A stretch of 62,260 nt of DNA. Source: an uncultured delta proteobacterium. GTDB taxonomy: Bacteria; Desulfobacterota; Binatia; UBA9968. How positions within the stretch are numbered: the first letter of the stretch is position 1; the number at the start of each line of letters is the position of its first letter. The notes beneath the pieces are model-generated. The model did not search any database. It was not told where the DNA came from and was given only the letters and a program-made list of their open reading frames with translations. The DNA is taken from NCBI GenBank assembly GCA_963755715.1, contig CAVWLW010000012.1, forward strand, positions 1-62,260, in the 5' to 3' direction. Made by a program: the position numbers and the translations under genes. Of this stretch, positions 40,380 through 51,011 are shown piece by piece.

Positions 40380-41492
40380 GTGGATCAAGAAATCATTTCT
40401 CGACTTAAAAAGCGCATCGTCGCCGAAGGGCTCGATGCGATTGTCGCGAGCTCCCCCGAGAATGTTACCTACGTCTCCGGTTTCGTTGTGCCATCGCAGT
40501 CGCTCATGCGCTGGCGCCATGCGGCGGTGATCATTACGGCCGACGGACGGATTTCCATGGTCGCCATCGACATGGAAGCGACGACGGTCAAAGCTCATGC
40601 GGGTATCGACGATTTGAGGATCTACCGGGAATTCACCGACGATCCGATGGACAAACTTGCCGAGGCGCTGAAAGATCTGAAATTAGATAGAGGTAAGGTC
40701 GGCATCGAGTTGGAGTTCTTACCGGCTAAGGATTTTCAGACCTTGCAAAAAACTCTTCCCGGCGTTCAATGGGCCGGCGCGGATGCGATTTTCAATAAGG
40801 CGCGGCAGATCAAAACGCCTGCCGAGCTCGCGCTGCTGCGCTCGCTCAGCAAGCTTACCGATAAGGCGCTCGGCGACGCGCTCAGGTCGGCAAGAGTCGG
40901 CATGACCGAGATGGAGCTCGCGGGCACGTTGCTCACTTCACTTTTCGGCGGCGGCGCGGAGAGCTACAAGCTGATGATCATTGCGTCCGGCGAGCGCAGC
41001 CAGTTTCCCAACGTCGGTCCCACCGATCGGAAATTGCAGCGCGGCGATATTATTCGCATGGAAATCTTCGGCCAGAAAAACGGCTACCTCACCGGTGTTT
41101 GCCGTACGGCGGTAGTCGGCGATGCGACACCCGAGCAATATAAAATCTGGTCCAATCTGATCGAGTGCAAATATCTCGTCATGAACTTGATCAAGCCTGG
41201 CGCAAGCTGTCCTGAGGTCTATCGAAGGTTTTTGCAGAAATTCAGCGAGCTCGGCTTCGAGCCGATCAGTTTCGTCGCCCACGGCATCGGCCTTCATCTG
41301 CACGAAGAGCCGTACATGGGGAGATACGGTGACGAGATCGTGGAGGCGGGCATGGTCGGCGCTTTCGAGCCGCTGGTTTATATTCCTGGGCGCTTCGGCA
41401 TGCAGAACAAAGACATGTTCTGCGTAACGGACAAGGGCTGCGAGCTGCTGTCGGATGTGACACCGACGGATACGCTTCTTAGAGTGGGCTAA
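40380..41492 (+). CDS. M24 (Xaa-Pro peptidase/creatinase fold) protein with non-canonical ligands
   Basis: SPENV.Y.SG, IKTPAE, HGIGL.LHEEP, AFEP; D/D/E ligands appear replaced (ME, TG, NKD). Confidence 0.85.
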   Translation: MDQEIISRLKKRIVAEGLDAIVASSPENVTYVSGFVVPSQSLMRWRHAAVIITADGRISMVAIDMEATTVKAHAGIDDLRIYREFTDDPMDKLAEALKDLKLDRGKVGIELEFLPAKDFQTLQKTLPGVQWAGADAIFNKARQIKTPAELALLRSLSKLTDKALGDALRSARVGMTEMELAGTLLTSLFGGGAESYKLMIIASGERSQFPNVGPTDRKLQRGDIIRMEIFGQKNGYLTGVCRTAVVGDATPEQYKIWSNLIECKYLVMNLIKPGASCPEVYRRFLQKFSELGFEPISFVAHGIGLHLHEEPYMGRYGDEIVEAGMVGAFEPLVYIPGRFGMQNKDMFCVTDKGCELLSDVTPTDTLLRVG

Positions 41493-42649
41493 ATGAAAAT
41501 CACCAAGATCGAAACGATTCCGATTCGCCTGCCGACGCGCCGTGTGCACCAGTGGGCAAGCCTTACCACTCCCATCGGCGTTTATGTGATTCTTAAGCTT
41601 TACACCGACGAGGGCTTGATCGGCCTCGGCGAAGCGCCGGTACTAAAAGATTGGGGCGGCGACCACGGCAAATACTTCGGCGAGACGCCGCAAACGACGA
41701 TGCATATCATCAACGACATTCTCGCGCCGGCGCTCAGTGGCCAGGACCCGAGCCGCTTCGAGTCGATTCACGCGCTGATGGACAAGGCGGTGAAAGGTTA
41801 TCCCTATTGCAAAGCAGCGATCGACGCGGCGCTTTACGACGTCGTTGGCAAATCGCTGAATGTTCCGGTGTATCAATTGCTCGGCGGTTTGTTCCGCGAG
41901 CGCGTTCCGATCGCGCACAGTCTTGGGGCTGATGGAGATCGAGAAAGCCGTCGAAGAAGCCGTGCAAGCGAAGGCGGAAGGGGTTAAGACCATCAAGCTC
42001 AAAGGCGGCGTCGATCAAAAGCGCGACGTCGAACTGGTCAAGCAGATCCGCCAAGCGATCGGACCGGGTCTGAATATCTGCGTCGATGCCAATCAAGGCT
42101 ACCCGACCGCCAAAGTCGCGGTGAAAATCACTAAGGCGATGGAAGAATTTAATTTGCTCTACATGGAGCAGCCGGTGGAAGGCATTGATCAGATGGCGGA
42201 AGTGACTCGGCGGGTCGACACGCCGATCATGGCGGATGAATCGGTTTGGACGCCGCAGGACGTGATCGAAATTATTCAAAAGAAAGCGGCCGACGTCATC
42301 TCGATCTACACGACCAAGCCCGGCGGCATGTTCAAAGCCAAAAAAGTCGCCGCCGTCGCTGAAGCGGCCGGGCTCAAGTGCAACGTCAACGGTTCGGTCG
42401 AAACCGGCGTTGGCAACGCCGCCAATGTTCATCTTGGCCGCGTCGACTGGCGTGGTGACTTTCGGCTGCGTGGTGCCGGTGTCGACACCGAAAGGGAAAG
42501 GCAAGGGCGGCATCGCGGGTATTTATTATCAAGACGACATTATCCAAGAGCCTTTCGAATATGCCGACGGCGATGTGATCGTTTCGTCGAAGCCGGGACT
42601 CGGCATCGAGCTCGACGAAGACAAATTGAAGCAATACCGCATTTCCTAA
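41493..42649 (+). CDS. Enolase superfamily, muconate-lactonizing-enzyme subgroup (frameshifts)
   Basis: GLGEAP, AAID.ALYD, KLK, DANQG, EQP, ADES, KPGG, PGLGIELD. Confidence 0.9.
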
Positions 42650-42691
42650 ATTCGCAGGGCGCAATGAATTGCGCCCCGACAATTCCATTTG

Positions 42692-43799
42692 ATGCCCATT
42701 CAGAAAATCGCAATTCTCGGCGCCGGCAACGGCGGTTGCGCCGCGGCGGCCGATCTCACGCTGCGCGGGTTTCAAGTACGACTGTTCGCGCGTTCGGAAA
42801 GCACGATCGCGAAATTGGCCAAGCTCGGCGAGATCGAGTTGGTCGAAAGCGGTGTTAGCAAAAAGGCCGCGCCATATTTCATGAGTCCGCATTTGCCGCC
42901 GGTGGTGCAAGGCGTCGACTTGATCGTCATCGCCACGCCAGCGGTGGGCCATGAATATTTGGCGAAGGGATTGGCCAATTATGTCGGCGACGGTCAGCGC
43001 ATCCTGCTCAATCCTGGCCACACCGGTGGATCGCTCCATTTCGCTAACCTGTTGCGCCAACTCGGTTGCAAGGCCCAGGTTCAGCTCTGCGAGACGGTGA
43101 CGCTGACTTATATTTGCCGGATGCCGCAGCCCGGGAGAGTGGAAATCTATCGGCGCACGACCAATCTCCGCTGCGCTGCGCTGCCGGGAAAGCACACGGA
43201 CGAAACTCGTCCGTGAAATACAAAGCGTGTTTCCGAACGTTATCGCTGCAGCGAACGTTTTGGAAACCGGTTTCTCCAACATCAACGCAATCATGCATCC
43301 AGCCGGCATGCTCGGCAACGCCGGTTGGATCGAAAAGACCGGCGGCGATTTTCTTTACTATCGCGAAGGCATTACGCCGTCGATCGGCGCTTGGATCGAT
43401 GCGCTCGACGGGGAGCGGCTCGAAATCGTCCGGGCGCTCGGCCTTACGCCGCTTCGTTTCGTCGATATATTCCACGGTGCCGGACTGACGACGACAGAGG
43501 CGCGCGACTCGGGATCGGCGTATCAAGCGATCCACGAAAGCGAGCCGAATTTCACCATCAAGTCGCCGCCGTCCCTGGACCATCGTTACATCAAGGAAGA
43601 TGTCGGTTACGGTTTGGTGCCGATGGCGGAGATCGGCAAGCTGCTCGGCATTGAGACTCCGGTGATGGACGCTTTGATCACCCTGGCATCGGTTGCATTG
43701 GGCATTGACTTTAGAGTCGAAGGATTGACCCTCGAAAAAATGGGGTTGGCGGGCGTGGCGCCCGCTGACTTGCAAAGAATTCTTACCGACGGTTTTTAG
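42692..43799 (+). CDS. NAD/NADP octopine/nopaline (opine) dehydrogenase family (frameshift at ~43200)
   Basis: GAGNGG.A.AADL, LNPG.TGGSL, N.NAIMHP, Y.EG.TP, D.ER, HRYI.EDV.YGLVP. Confidence 0.9.
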
Positions 43800-43809
43800 G
43801 AGATCAGCT

Positions 43810-44793
43810 ATGCGTGTCGGTTTATGTTTTGACGGATTTTATTCGATTCAGGAAATGATCGAGCTCTCGCGGTTGGCCGATGAGATCGGCATGGAGTCGA
43901 TTTGGATGTCGGACCATCTCTGTTTTCGCGATTCGTTGACCACCTGCATGGGCTTGCTGGCGTCGACGCAGACGATCAAAGTTGCACCGGCGCCGATGAG
44001 CCCGTACTCGCGTTATCCGATTATTTCGGCGATGTCGGTTGCGACCATGGACGAATTTGCCCCCGGTCGCGTGATCGCGAGTCCGGGTACTGGCAATGCC
44101 GCTGCGTTGAAGGAGGCTGGTATCGAATCACCGCATCCGCTACAAACCATGCGCGAGTACGTGGAAATTCTGCGCCGGCTGCTGAAGGGCGACACAGTGC
44201 AATATCAGGGCAAAATGTTTCAGATGAACGGAGCCAAGATGGGCTTCGTGCCGGCGAAGCCGATTCCGATGTACATCACCGCGGTGCGCTCGCGCATGCT
44301 TCAGCTCGGCGGCGAGATCGGCGAAGGTGTGCTGCTCTCTGCCGGCTGCGCGCCGGGTTATATCAAAAAATGCACCGCCGACATTGCCGCCGGCGCCGCG
44401 AAAGCCAGTAAGCCCGCCGATGCCGTGGATGTCGCCGGCTTCGTCACCGCTTCGGTTTCCGACGACCAACACGAAGCGATCGAAGCCAACAAAATGTTTC
44501 TCGCCTATATCTTTCGCAACGTGCACCACGCCGAAAATATTCGCCTGGGCGGCGGCAAGGTAGACCAAGAAGGGCTCGCGGCTGCGGTGGTCAAGCGCGA
44601 CTGGGAGACAGCGAAGAAGTTTATCAGCGACGAAGTCGTCTTCGCTCATTCCGTCGCCGGCACTCCGGCCGAGTGTCAGAAACAACTTGAATCGTTCACC
44701 CAGGGCGGATTGAATCTGCCCATCGTTTTGCCCATGGGAACGCAGGAAGCGCGCAAGCGCGTCGTGCGCATGGTCCGCGAAGTGGTCGCGTAA
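43810..44793 (+). CDS. LLM-class flavin/F420-dependent oxidoreductase (Mer-like)
   Basis: W.SDH..FRD, SPY.R.P, APGR, MREY.EI.R.LL.G, ML.L.GEI.EGV, AGTP.EC. Confidence 0.85.
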   Translation: MRVGLCFDGFYSIQEMIELSRLADEIGMESIWMSDHLCFRDSLTTCMGLLASTQTIKVAPAPMSPYSRYPIISAMSVATMDEFAPGRVIASPGTGNAAALKEAGIESPHPLQTMREYVEILRRLLKGDTVQYQGKMFQMNGAKMGFVPAKPIPMYITAVRSRMLQLGGEIGEGVLLSAGCAPGYIKKCTADIAAGAAKASKPADAVDVAGFVTASVSDDQHEAIEANKMFLAYIFRNVHHAENIRLGGGKVDQEGLAAAVVKRDWETAKKFISDEVVFAHSVAGTPAECQKQLESFTQGGLNLPIVLPMGTQEARKRVVRMVREVVA

Positions 44794-44806
44794 TTTTTAT
44801 TGGATC

Positions 44807-44866
44807 GTAGGGGCGACCCTATGTGGTCGCCCGTCCGAAAAGGCGGACACGCGGGTCCGCCCCTAC
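44807..44866. repeat. REP-like doublet GTAGGGGCG...CGCCCCTAC
   Basis: Hairpins GGGCGACC/GGTCGCCC and GGCGGAC/GTCCGCC. Confidence 0.85.
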
Positions 44867-44880
44867 CAGGAGGTTGGCCT

Positions 44881-45897
44881 ATGTCACCGACTCGTTTGCG
44901 TGTGCTTTTGCCGACGATCTTGATTATCGCGGGATGTTTTTTGCCGATGACGTTGCCCGCCCAGCCCGTCAACGTTGAAGCCGCCAAAAAAGAAGGTAAG
45001 ACGGTGATCTACGGTACGATCGTGCCGCAGGTGATGAGCCAGATCGAAAAGGGCTTCGAAGCCAAGTACGGCATCAAGACCGAGTACTGGCGCGCCGATG
45101 CAACCAAAGTAATCGACCGGGTGTTGACCGAATGGCGCTCGGGCAAGCCGGGATTTGACATCGTGATCGGCGCCCGCGGGCCGTTGGCGTTGGGCAAGGC
45201 GGATAACGTTTACGCGAAATACGCGCCGCCGAGCGCAGCTAATTTTCCCGCAAAATTTAAAGACAAAGACGGGCAATTGATCGCGTTTCGAATTACGCCG
45301 GTCGGTATTCTCTACAATACCGAGATGGTTAAACCGAATGAAATTCCCAAATCGCTCGACGATGTGCTCGACCCCAAGTGGCTGGGTAAAATCAGCATGC
45401 CCGATCCATCGCGTCACGCGAGCACGGCGCAATATTTGTGGAACCTGCAGCAGGTGAAAGGCGAGAAGTGGATGGATTTTGTCAGGAGCTTGGCGAAACA
45501 GAGACCGATGCTTTTGGAATCTTACTCCACTGTGCCGAATACGATCGTGCGCGGCGAAACCGCGCTCGGTATCAGCTATATTCAGTACACGGGCCAAACC
45601 AAAGGGCCGATCGGCTTTGCCCCGATCGAGCATGTTTTCGCGGACCCAAGCGACGCGGCGCTGAGTGCCAAGGCAGCCAACTCGAACGCGGCGAAACTGT
45701 TTATTGAATACCTGTGCTCGCCGGAAGGACAAAAGAAAGTTGCTGAAACCGGCGAGTTCGTGCTTGCGCCAGGAATCGTTCCAGCGATCAAAGGCGCAGA
45801 CAAGATTATGGCCGATTTGTATATGATGAACGATCCGAGCGCCGATACGCTGGCCAAGCTGCAGAGCGACTTCAGGCAACTTTTTCTAGCTAAATGA
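44881..45897 (+). CDS. Extracellular solute-binding protein (Fe3+/AfuA-like ABC family)
   Basis: AAKKEGK.VIYG, FEAKYGIK, ILYNT, DPKW.GK, AAKLFIEYL.S.EGQ. Confidence 0.85.
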   Translation: MSPTRLRVLLPTILIIAGCFLPMTLPAQPVNVEAAKKEGKTVIYGTIVPQVMSQIEKGFEAKYGIKTEYWRADATKVIDRVLTEWRSGKPGFDIVIGARGPLALGKADNVYAKYAPPSAANFPAKFKDKDGQLIAFRITPVGILYNTEMVKPNEIPKSLDDVLDPKWLGKISMPDPSRHASTAQYLWNLQQVKGEKWMDFVRSLAKQRPMLLESYSTVPNTIVRGETALGISYIQYTGQTKGPIGFAPIEHVFADPSDAALSAKAANSNAAKLFIEYLCSPEGQKKVAETGEFVLAPGIVPAIKGADKIMADLYMMNDPSADTLAKLQSDFRQLFLAK

Positions 45898-45983
45898 GCG
45901 CGCTAGATCCGCAAACTCCATGCTTGACTTCAGCCGGATGGGTGGATACTTTCGGGTCGGCTTTTAACCGTGGGAGGGATTAC

Positions 45984-47006
45984 GTGAAGCAGATGTTCAA
46001 TCGTTGGTCGCTCGTGCCGGCGGTCGCCGCGCTGATAATTTTTATCCAAACCACCGGTGCATTTGCGCAGCCGGCAAACGTTGAAGCCGCCAAGAAAGAG
46101 GGCAAGATCGTCGTTTATGGTTCCGTGGTTCCCCAGGCGATGGAAGGGTTGCACCAAGCGTTTAAGAAAAAGTACGGCATCGACGTTGAATATTGGCGCG
46201 GTTCTTCGACTCAGGTGTCGGAGCGGGCATTGACGGAGTGGCGCGCCGGCAAGCCGGGTTTCGATATCGCGGAAGGCAATCGCGGCGTGCAGTTGATCAT
46301 GAAGAACGAAGGCTTGTTCCAGAAGTTCATTCCGCCGGCTTCGGAAAAATTTCCGGCGCAGTACAAAGAAAAGGACGGTCTCATTACTCCTTGGCGCGTG
46401 CTGCCGATCAGTATCCTCTACAATACCGAGCTTGTGAAGGCCGCGGATTTGCCCAAGACCTTCGACGATCTGTTGAATCCGAAGTGGAGCGGAAAAATCT
46501 CCATTCCAGATCCGACCCGCCACACGACTACCGCTCAGTTTCTTTGGAATCTGGAAAAATTCAAAGGTGACAAGTGGCTCGATTACGTAAAAGCCCTGGC
46601 TAAGCAGAAACCGATCCTGGTCGAATCGTTGGCGCCGGTCACGACGACGGTCATTAAAGGCGAGGCAGTGGTCGGCATCACCTACATCAAGTACATCAAG
46701 CAATACAAAGGGCCGGTAGATTATATTCCGATGGACAAATACCTGACCGATCCGAACTATCTGAGTCTCAGCGCCAAATCGGCACGGCCGAACGCGGCGA
46801 AGCTTTATATCGATTTCGCTTGTTCACCTGAGGGACAAAAAGAGATCGCTGAAGACGGCGAGTTCGTCTTGGCCCCGGGTGTCTATCCGCCCATTAAGGA
46901 CGCTGAAAAAGTCGCGCCGCGCATGGTTTTTATGGACAACCCAACGGAGGAGGAATTCAAAAAACTCATGAGCGGCACCTTTCGCGAGATCTTTTTCGCC
47001 AAATAG
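45984..47006 (+). CDS. Extracellular solute-binding protein, tandem paralog of the preceding gene
   Basis: Shared AQP.NVEAAKKEGK, LTEWR.GKPGFDI, DP.RH..TAQ.LWNL, GEFVLAPG. Confidence 0.85.
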   Translation: MKQMFNRWSLVPAVAALIIFIQTTGAFAQPANVEAAKKEGKIVVYGSVVPQAMEGLHQAFKKKYGIDVEYWRGSSTQVSERALTEWRAGKPGFDIAEGNRGVQLIMKNEGLFQKFIPPASEKFPAQYKEKDGLITPWRVLPISILYNTELVKAADLPKTFDDLLNPKWSGKISIPDPTRHTTTAQFLWNLEKFKGDKWLDYVKALAKQKPILVESLAPVTTTVIKGEAVVGITYIKYIKQYKGPVDYIPMDKYLTDPNYLSLSAKSARPNAAKLYIDFACSPEGQKEIAEDGEFVLAPGVYPPIKDAEKVAPRMVFMDNPTEEEFKKLMSGTFREIFFAK

Positions 47007-47039
47007 ATTTGGCCAATCCGACTGGTAGTCGATACCCGA

Positions 47040-47076
47040 AGAGGGCTCGCCTTGAAGTGGCCAGCCCTCTTTTTTT
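47040..47076 (+). terminator. Intrinsic terminator-like hairpin between binding-protein and permease genes
   Basis: AGAGGGCT-loop-AGCCCTCT followed by T run. Confidence 0.65.
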
Positions 47077-47123
47077 ATTGCGAGCGAGCCTCATTTAGTA
47101 AATTAGAAAGGATCGTCGAAGCG

Positions 47124-48845
47124 TTGTTAACTCGTTTTCTGAATTCCTTTCGGCGCGAGCCGCAGCTGGCGGTGGTTGCGTGCATCGGCGTCATTATCGC
47201 CTATCTAAGTTTGTCGCCGACGCTGATGCTTTTCTACGGCAGCTTTCGTAGCAAACCGCTCGGCGTGCCGAACGCCGAGTTTACCTTGGCGCATTACCTC
47301 TACGCTTATACCGATCCATCGACGTACCAATTGTTGTTCAACTCGTTTGTATTCGCCTCGGGCTCGTCAATCCTGGCCACTGGGTTCGCTGCGACTCTGG
47401 CTTGGATTTCGATTCGGACCAATGCTCCGTTTAGAAAGTTTTTCGAACTAACCGCGATCATTCCAAACATTTTTCCGCCCGTGATGCTCGCCGTTTCATG
47501 GACCGTGCTGCTGAGCCCGCGCACGGGATTGATTAATCGGCTATTGATGCAAATGCTGAGCTTGGATGAGGCGCCGCTCAACCTTTATTCTTTGTCAGGA
47601 ATGATCTTCGTCGAAGCCCTGATCACGACGCCGCTCGCCTTCTTACTGGTTTCTGCATCGCTCTACTCGATGGATCCTTCCCTCGAAGAATCGGCGCGAG
47701 TAGCGGGCTCCAACAACTTTCAGATCGCTTGGCGCATCACGTTTCCGATTATCCGTCCGGCGCTGCTGGCCGCCGTCATGCTGAATTTTGTCCGCGCGAT
47801 CGAGAGCTTCGATACCCCCGCGATCATCGCGCTGCCGGCCCGCATCGAAGTCTTTACCACCAAGATCTATCGCGAGGCGGTAGGCGCCTTTCCGCCGAAT
47901 CAAAATCTCGCGGCGGCCTACGGCGTGTCGCTGTTGTTGATCACGATGGTGTTCGTCTATTTCTATCGTTCTTTGACTCAGCGTAGCGAACGCTACGTGA
48001 CGGTCACCGGCCGAGGCTATCGGCCGACGATTATCGATCTCGGCAAATGGCGTTATCCGGCGGCGGGCCTGGCTCTGCTGATTCTCTCGCTGATCGTCGT
48101 GCTGCCGTTTCTGGTGCTGATCTACGTTTCGTTTATTTCTTATATTCACGTACCCGGACCGAAGACTTGGGAATTGCTGACGCTCGACAACTACCGCAGC
48201 AATTTGACCGATGCGCGCACCTATCGAGCGCTGCAGAACAGTCTTTTCCTGGCCACGGGAGGGGCAACGTTGTGCATGCTGCTTGCTGCGCTGACGGCAT
48301 GGGTGACAACCAAGACGAGAGTTGCCGGACGCGGGGTCATCGAAGGTTTGACGTTCATTCCCTGGGCGTTTCCCGGAACCGCGCTGGCCATCGGGCTTCT
48401 CTGGACTTACGTTTATGTCCCACTGCCGATCTACGGCACGCTGTGGATTTTATTGATCGCCTACATCACCCGGTTCCTGCCGTATGGTCTGCGCACGATG
48501 ACCAGCACCATCGTGCAGTTGCATGACGATTTGCCCCAGGCGTCGATGGTCTGCGGCGCCAGCTTCCTGACGACCTTCCGGCGCATCCTGCTGCCATTGC
48601 TCCGGCCCGGCTTCATCGCCGGCTGGATTATTTTGGCGACGATATTTCTACGCGAGTTCAGCACGTCGGTCTTTCTCTATTCGCCCGGCTCGGAGCCGCT
48701 CGGACCGTTGCTTTATCATTTTTACGTCGACGGCAATCTCGGCCCCATGTGCGCGCTCGCGTTGATCGTAAGTGTCATCTGTGTTGTTCTCATAATGATC
48801 GCTAGGAGAATCGGCAAGGTCGGCGGCGCCATCGAGGAATCTTAG
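47124..48845 (+). CDS. ABC permease, FbpB/iron(III)-type (duplicated permease domains)
   Basis: EAA-like motifs MDPSLEESARVAG and LHDDLPQAS.VCGA; many TM segments. Confidence 0.9.
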   Translation: MLTRFLNSFRREPQLAVVACIGVIIAYLSLSPTLMLFYGSFRSKPLGVPNAEFTLAHYLYAYTDPSTYQLLFNSFVFASGSSILATGFAATLAWISIRTNAPFRKFFELTAIIPNIFPPVMLAVSWTVLLSPRTGLINRLLMQMLSLDEAPLNLYSLSGMIFVEALITTPLAFLLVSASLYSMDPSLEESARVAGSNNFQIAWRITFPIIRPALLAAVMLNFVRAIESFDTPAIIALPARIEVFTTKIYREAVGAFPPNQNLAAAYGVSLLLITMVFVYFYRSLTQRSERYVTVTGRGYRPTIIDLGKWRYPAAGLALLILSLIVVLPFLVLIYVSFISYIHVPGPKTWELLTLDNYRSNLTDARTYRALQNSLFLATGGATLCMLLAALTAWVTTKTRVAGRGVIEGLTFIPWAFPGTALAIGLLWTYVYVPLPIYGTLWILLIAYITRFLPYGLRTMTSTIVQLHDDLPQASMVCGASFLTTFRRILLPLLRPGFIAGWIILATIFLREFSTSVFLYSPGSEPLGPLLYHFYVDGNLGPMCALALIVSVICVVLIMIARRIGKVGGAIEES

Positions 48846-48901
48846 GCAAGGCATTGTCAACTGCCACTAGGCGCGAACTTAGACACAAGAGGCAAGCAAG
48901 C

Positions 48902-50089
48902 ATGGATGCTGGAACGGCAAAAAAATTAATCGAGAAAAATTTGTCCTATGACGAGGTCAAACGGCTAACGGTCAAGTTGGTGCAGCACGCCAGCCCGCAA
49001 ACCCCATTGCTGGAAGCGGAACCGCAGGTGTTGGCGTTGATCAATGACGTGGTGAGGCCGGAATTGGAAGCGTCGGGATTGAAGCCGGTGATCGATCGCA
49101 TGGGTAATCTGATTTTGCATATCAAGGGGCGCGAGCGAACCGATCGGCTGATGCTGGTCGGCTACGCTATGTGCGCGGCGCCGAGCACGATGCAGAACCC
49201 CTATTCGGGTGCCATCGTCAACGGCGCGCCGTACAAACTCGACGGCGAGTGCGTCTGGGGCCGAGGCGCGTGCGAGCAGAAGGGCAGCCTGGCGGCGATG
49301 ATGGCGGCGATGAAATTCATCGGCGCCGGCAAGCTCGCGCTGCCGACCGATCTCTACTTCGTCGTCAGCACTGCCGGTGAAACCGGCCGACATGATTCGT
49401 TGGCGTACGTGCTCGACCACGGCGGCGTCGAAGCCGATTGGTGCGTCATCGATGGCCCGCCGGAGATCCAATTGGGCAACAAGGGCCGGGTCGATGTGCT
49501 CGTTACGGTCAAGGGCAAGCAGGCGCACAGCAGCCGTCCATGGGAGGGCATCGACGCCATCGACGGCGCGATGAAGGTGTTGGAAAAACTCAAACCGCTG
49601 ATGCCGTATCCCGAAACCAAAGCTCATCCGGAGCTCGGCAAGGTAAGTCTTACGCCCAACGCGATCGAAAGCTTTCCCAAGGCGACGCACACGATTCAAA
49701 GTGAGTGCCGCATTATGTTCGACCGGCGCCTATTGCCGGGCGATGATCCCAACAAAGCGGTTCAACAAATAAAGGACGAGATCGGTGCAATCGAGCCGTT
49801 TGAGGTCGTCGTCGAGCCGCGCGATTTCATGTACCCCAGCGAGGTCGCGAAGGATGCCGATGTCGTCGGCGCGCTCGAAAATGGCATTCGTACCATGCTT
49901 GGCTATGAGCCGAAGTTTTGTTTTTCAACGGCGGCGAACGATACCGGCTTATTCAATTTCCGCGGCATTCAGGCGATCAACTACGGCTCGCGGGATATTC
50001 GCTTCCAACATACCGATCACGATCTCGTGTCGGTGGTCAACGTCTTCAACGCGGCGAAGGTGTTTGCGTTTCTGGCGATTCACCGCTAG
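48902..50089 (+). CDS. M20 family (ArgE/DapE-like) hydrolase, divergent
   Basis: GRGACEQKG, AGET, GKQAHSS.PW.G..AI, DRRLLPG, H...D. Confidence 0.8.
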   Translation: MDAGTAKKLIEKNLSYDEVKRLTVKLVQHASPQTPLLEAEPQVLALINDVVRPELEASGLKPVIDRMGNLILHIKGRERTDRLMLVGYAMCAAPSTMQNPYSGAIVNGAPYKLDGECVWGRGACEQKGSLAAMMAAMKFIGAGKLALPTDLYFVVSTAGETGRHDSLAYVLDHGGVEADWCVIDGPPEIQLGNKGRVDVLVTVKGKQAHSSRPWEGIDAIDGAMKVLEKLKPLMPYPETKAHPELGKVSLTPNAIESFPKATHTIQSECRIMFDRRLLPGDDPNKAVQQIKDEIGAIEPFEVVVEPRDFMYPSEVAKDADVVGALENGIRTMLGYEPKFCFSTAANDTGLFNFRGIQAINYGSRDIRFQHTDHDLVSVVNVFNAAKVFAFLAIHR

Positions 50090-50154
50090 GCGTGGCGTTC
50101 AAGTTGAAGGTTCAGTAGTTCAAGGTTTTGATCGGACCCTGCACCTTGCAGGGA

Positions 50155-50850
50155 TCAGCTTGTCTTTTCGTGCTTCTGCAACATTCGAACGTAGTATTCC
50201 CACAAATTGATCATCGCGTCCGGCCGGTAAATTCGCTTTCGTTTTAAGAGTGCATCTTCATCCGTGGCCCAGGAGAAGGCGCCCATGGATGCTGCGGTGA
50301 CCTGCGTTTTGGCGCTGTATTCGAGCAGTACGCCGCGAATACAAGCTTCTTCGATGGAAGTGCCGGCGACGACGATGCCGTGATTGCGCAGCAGCACGAT
50401 CTTGTGCTCGCCCAAGAGTTTCACCACGGCGATGCCTTGCTCGGCGGTGACGATCAAGTCCGATGATTCTTCGAATTTATTCAGCGCCGGGGGGTAAAAG
50501 GCACAGCTCAGATTTGTTATCGGCAGGAGCCGATGCTCCGATGAGGCGATGATCGTCGAATACGTCGGATGCGTATGAATGACGCAACGAATCTCCGGAT
50601 GGGCGCGGTACACCTCGCTATGAATTGGAAATTCATTATGACGCTTGCGCTTGCCTGCGAGCGTGTTGCCGTCGAAATCGATCAAGACTAGATCGTCTTC
50701 GGTCACCTCTTCGAGACCGATACCCGAACCCTTGATCCAATACTGCCCAGGCGTATCCGTAAGCGCGGACACGTGGCCGTAGATCATGTCATTGTGCCCC
50801 TGCATGGCGAGAATACGGCAGGCCAGGGCGAGTTTTTCTTGTAAGCTCAT
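50155..50850 (-). CDS. Class II aldolase/adducin family protein
   Basis: GHVSA, EFPIHSEVYR..P.I.CVIHTH, LLRNHGIV..G. Confidence 0.9.
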   Translation of the reverse strand: MSLQEKLALACRILAMQGHNDMIYGHVSALTDTPGQYWIKGSGIGLEEVTEDDLVLIDFDGNTLAGKRKRHNEFPIHSEVYRAHPEIRCVIHTHPTYSTIIASSEHRLLPITNLSCAFYPPALNKFEESSDLIVTAEQGIAVVKLLGEHKIVLLRNHGIVVAGTSIEEACIRGVLLEYSAKTQVTAASMGAFSWATDEDALLKRKRIYRPDAMINLWEYYVRMLQKHEKTS

Positions 50851-51011
50851 TAAGCAGTCCTCCGCAAAGAATCGCTCTTCGTGTGTTAGCGAGAGTATCG
50901 GAGGGACTGAATGCCTGTCAAATCGGGGCAAGAAAAGGGTTGAGAAATCGCTGCGAAAAAGACGGCAGGCATGCGGACCTGCCGTCCTTCAGAGGATTTG
51001 TCGGGCAAGGG

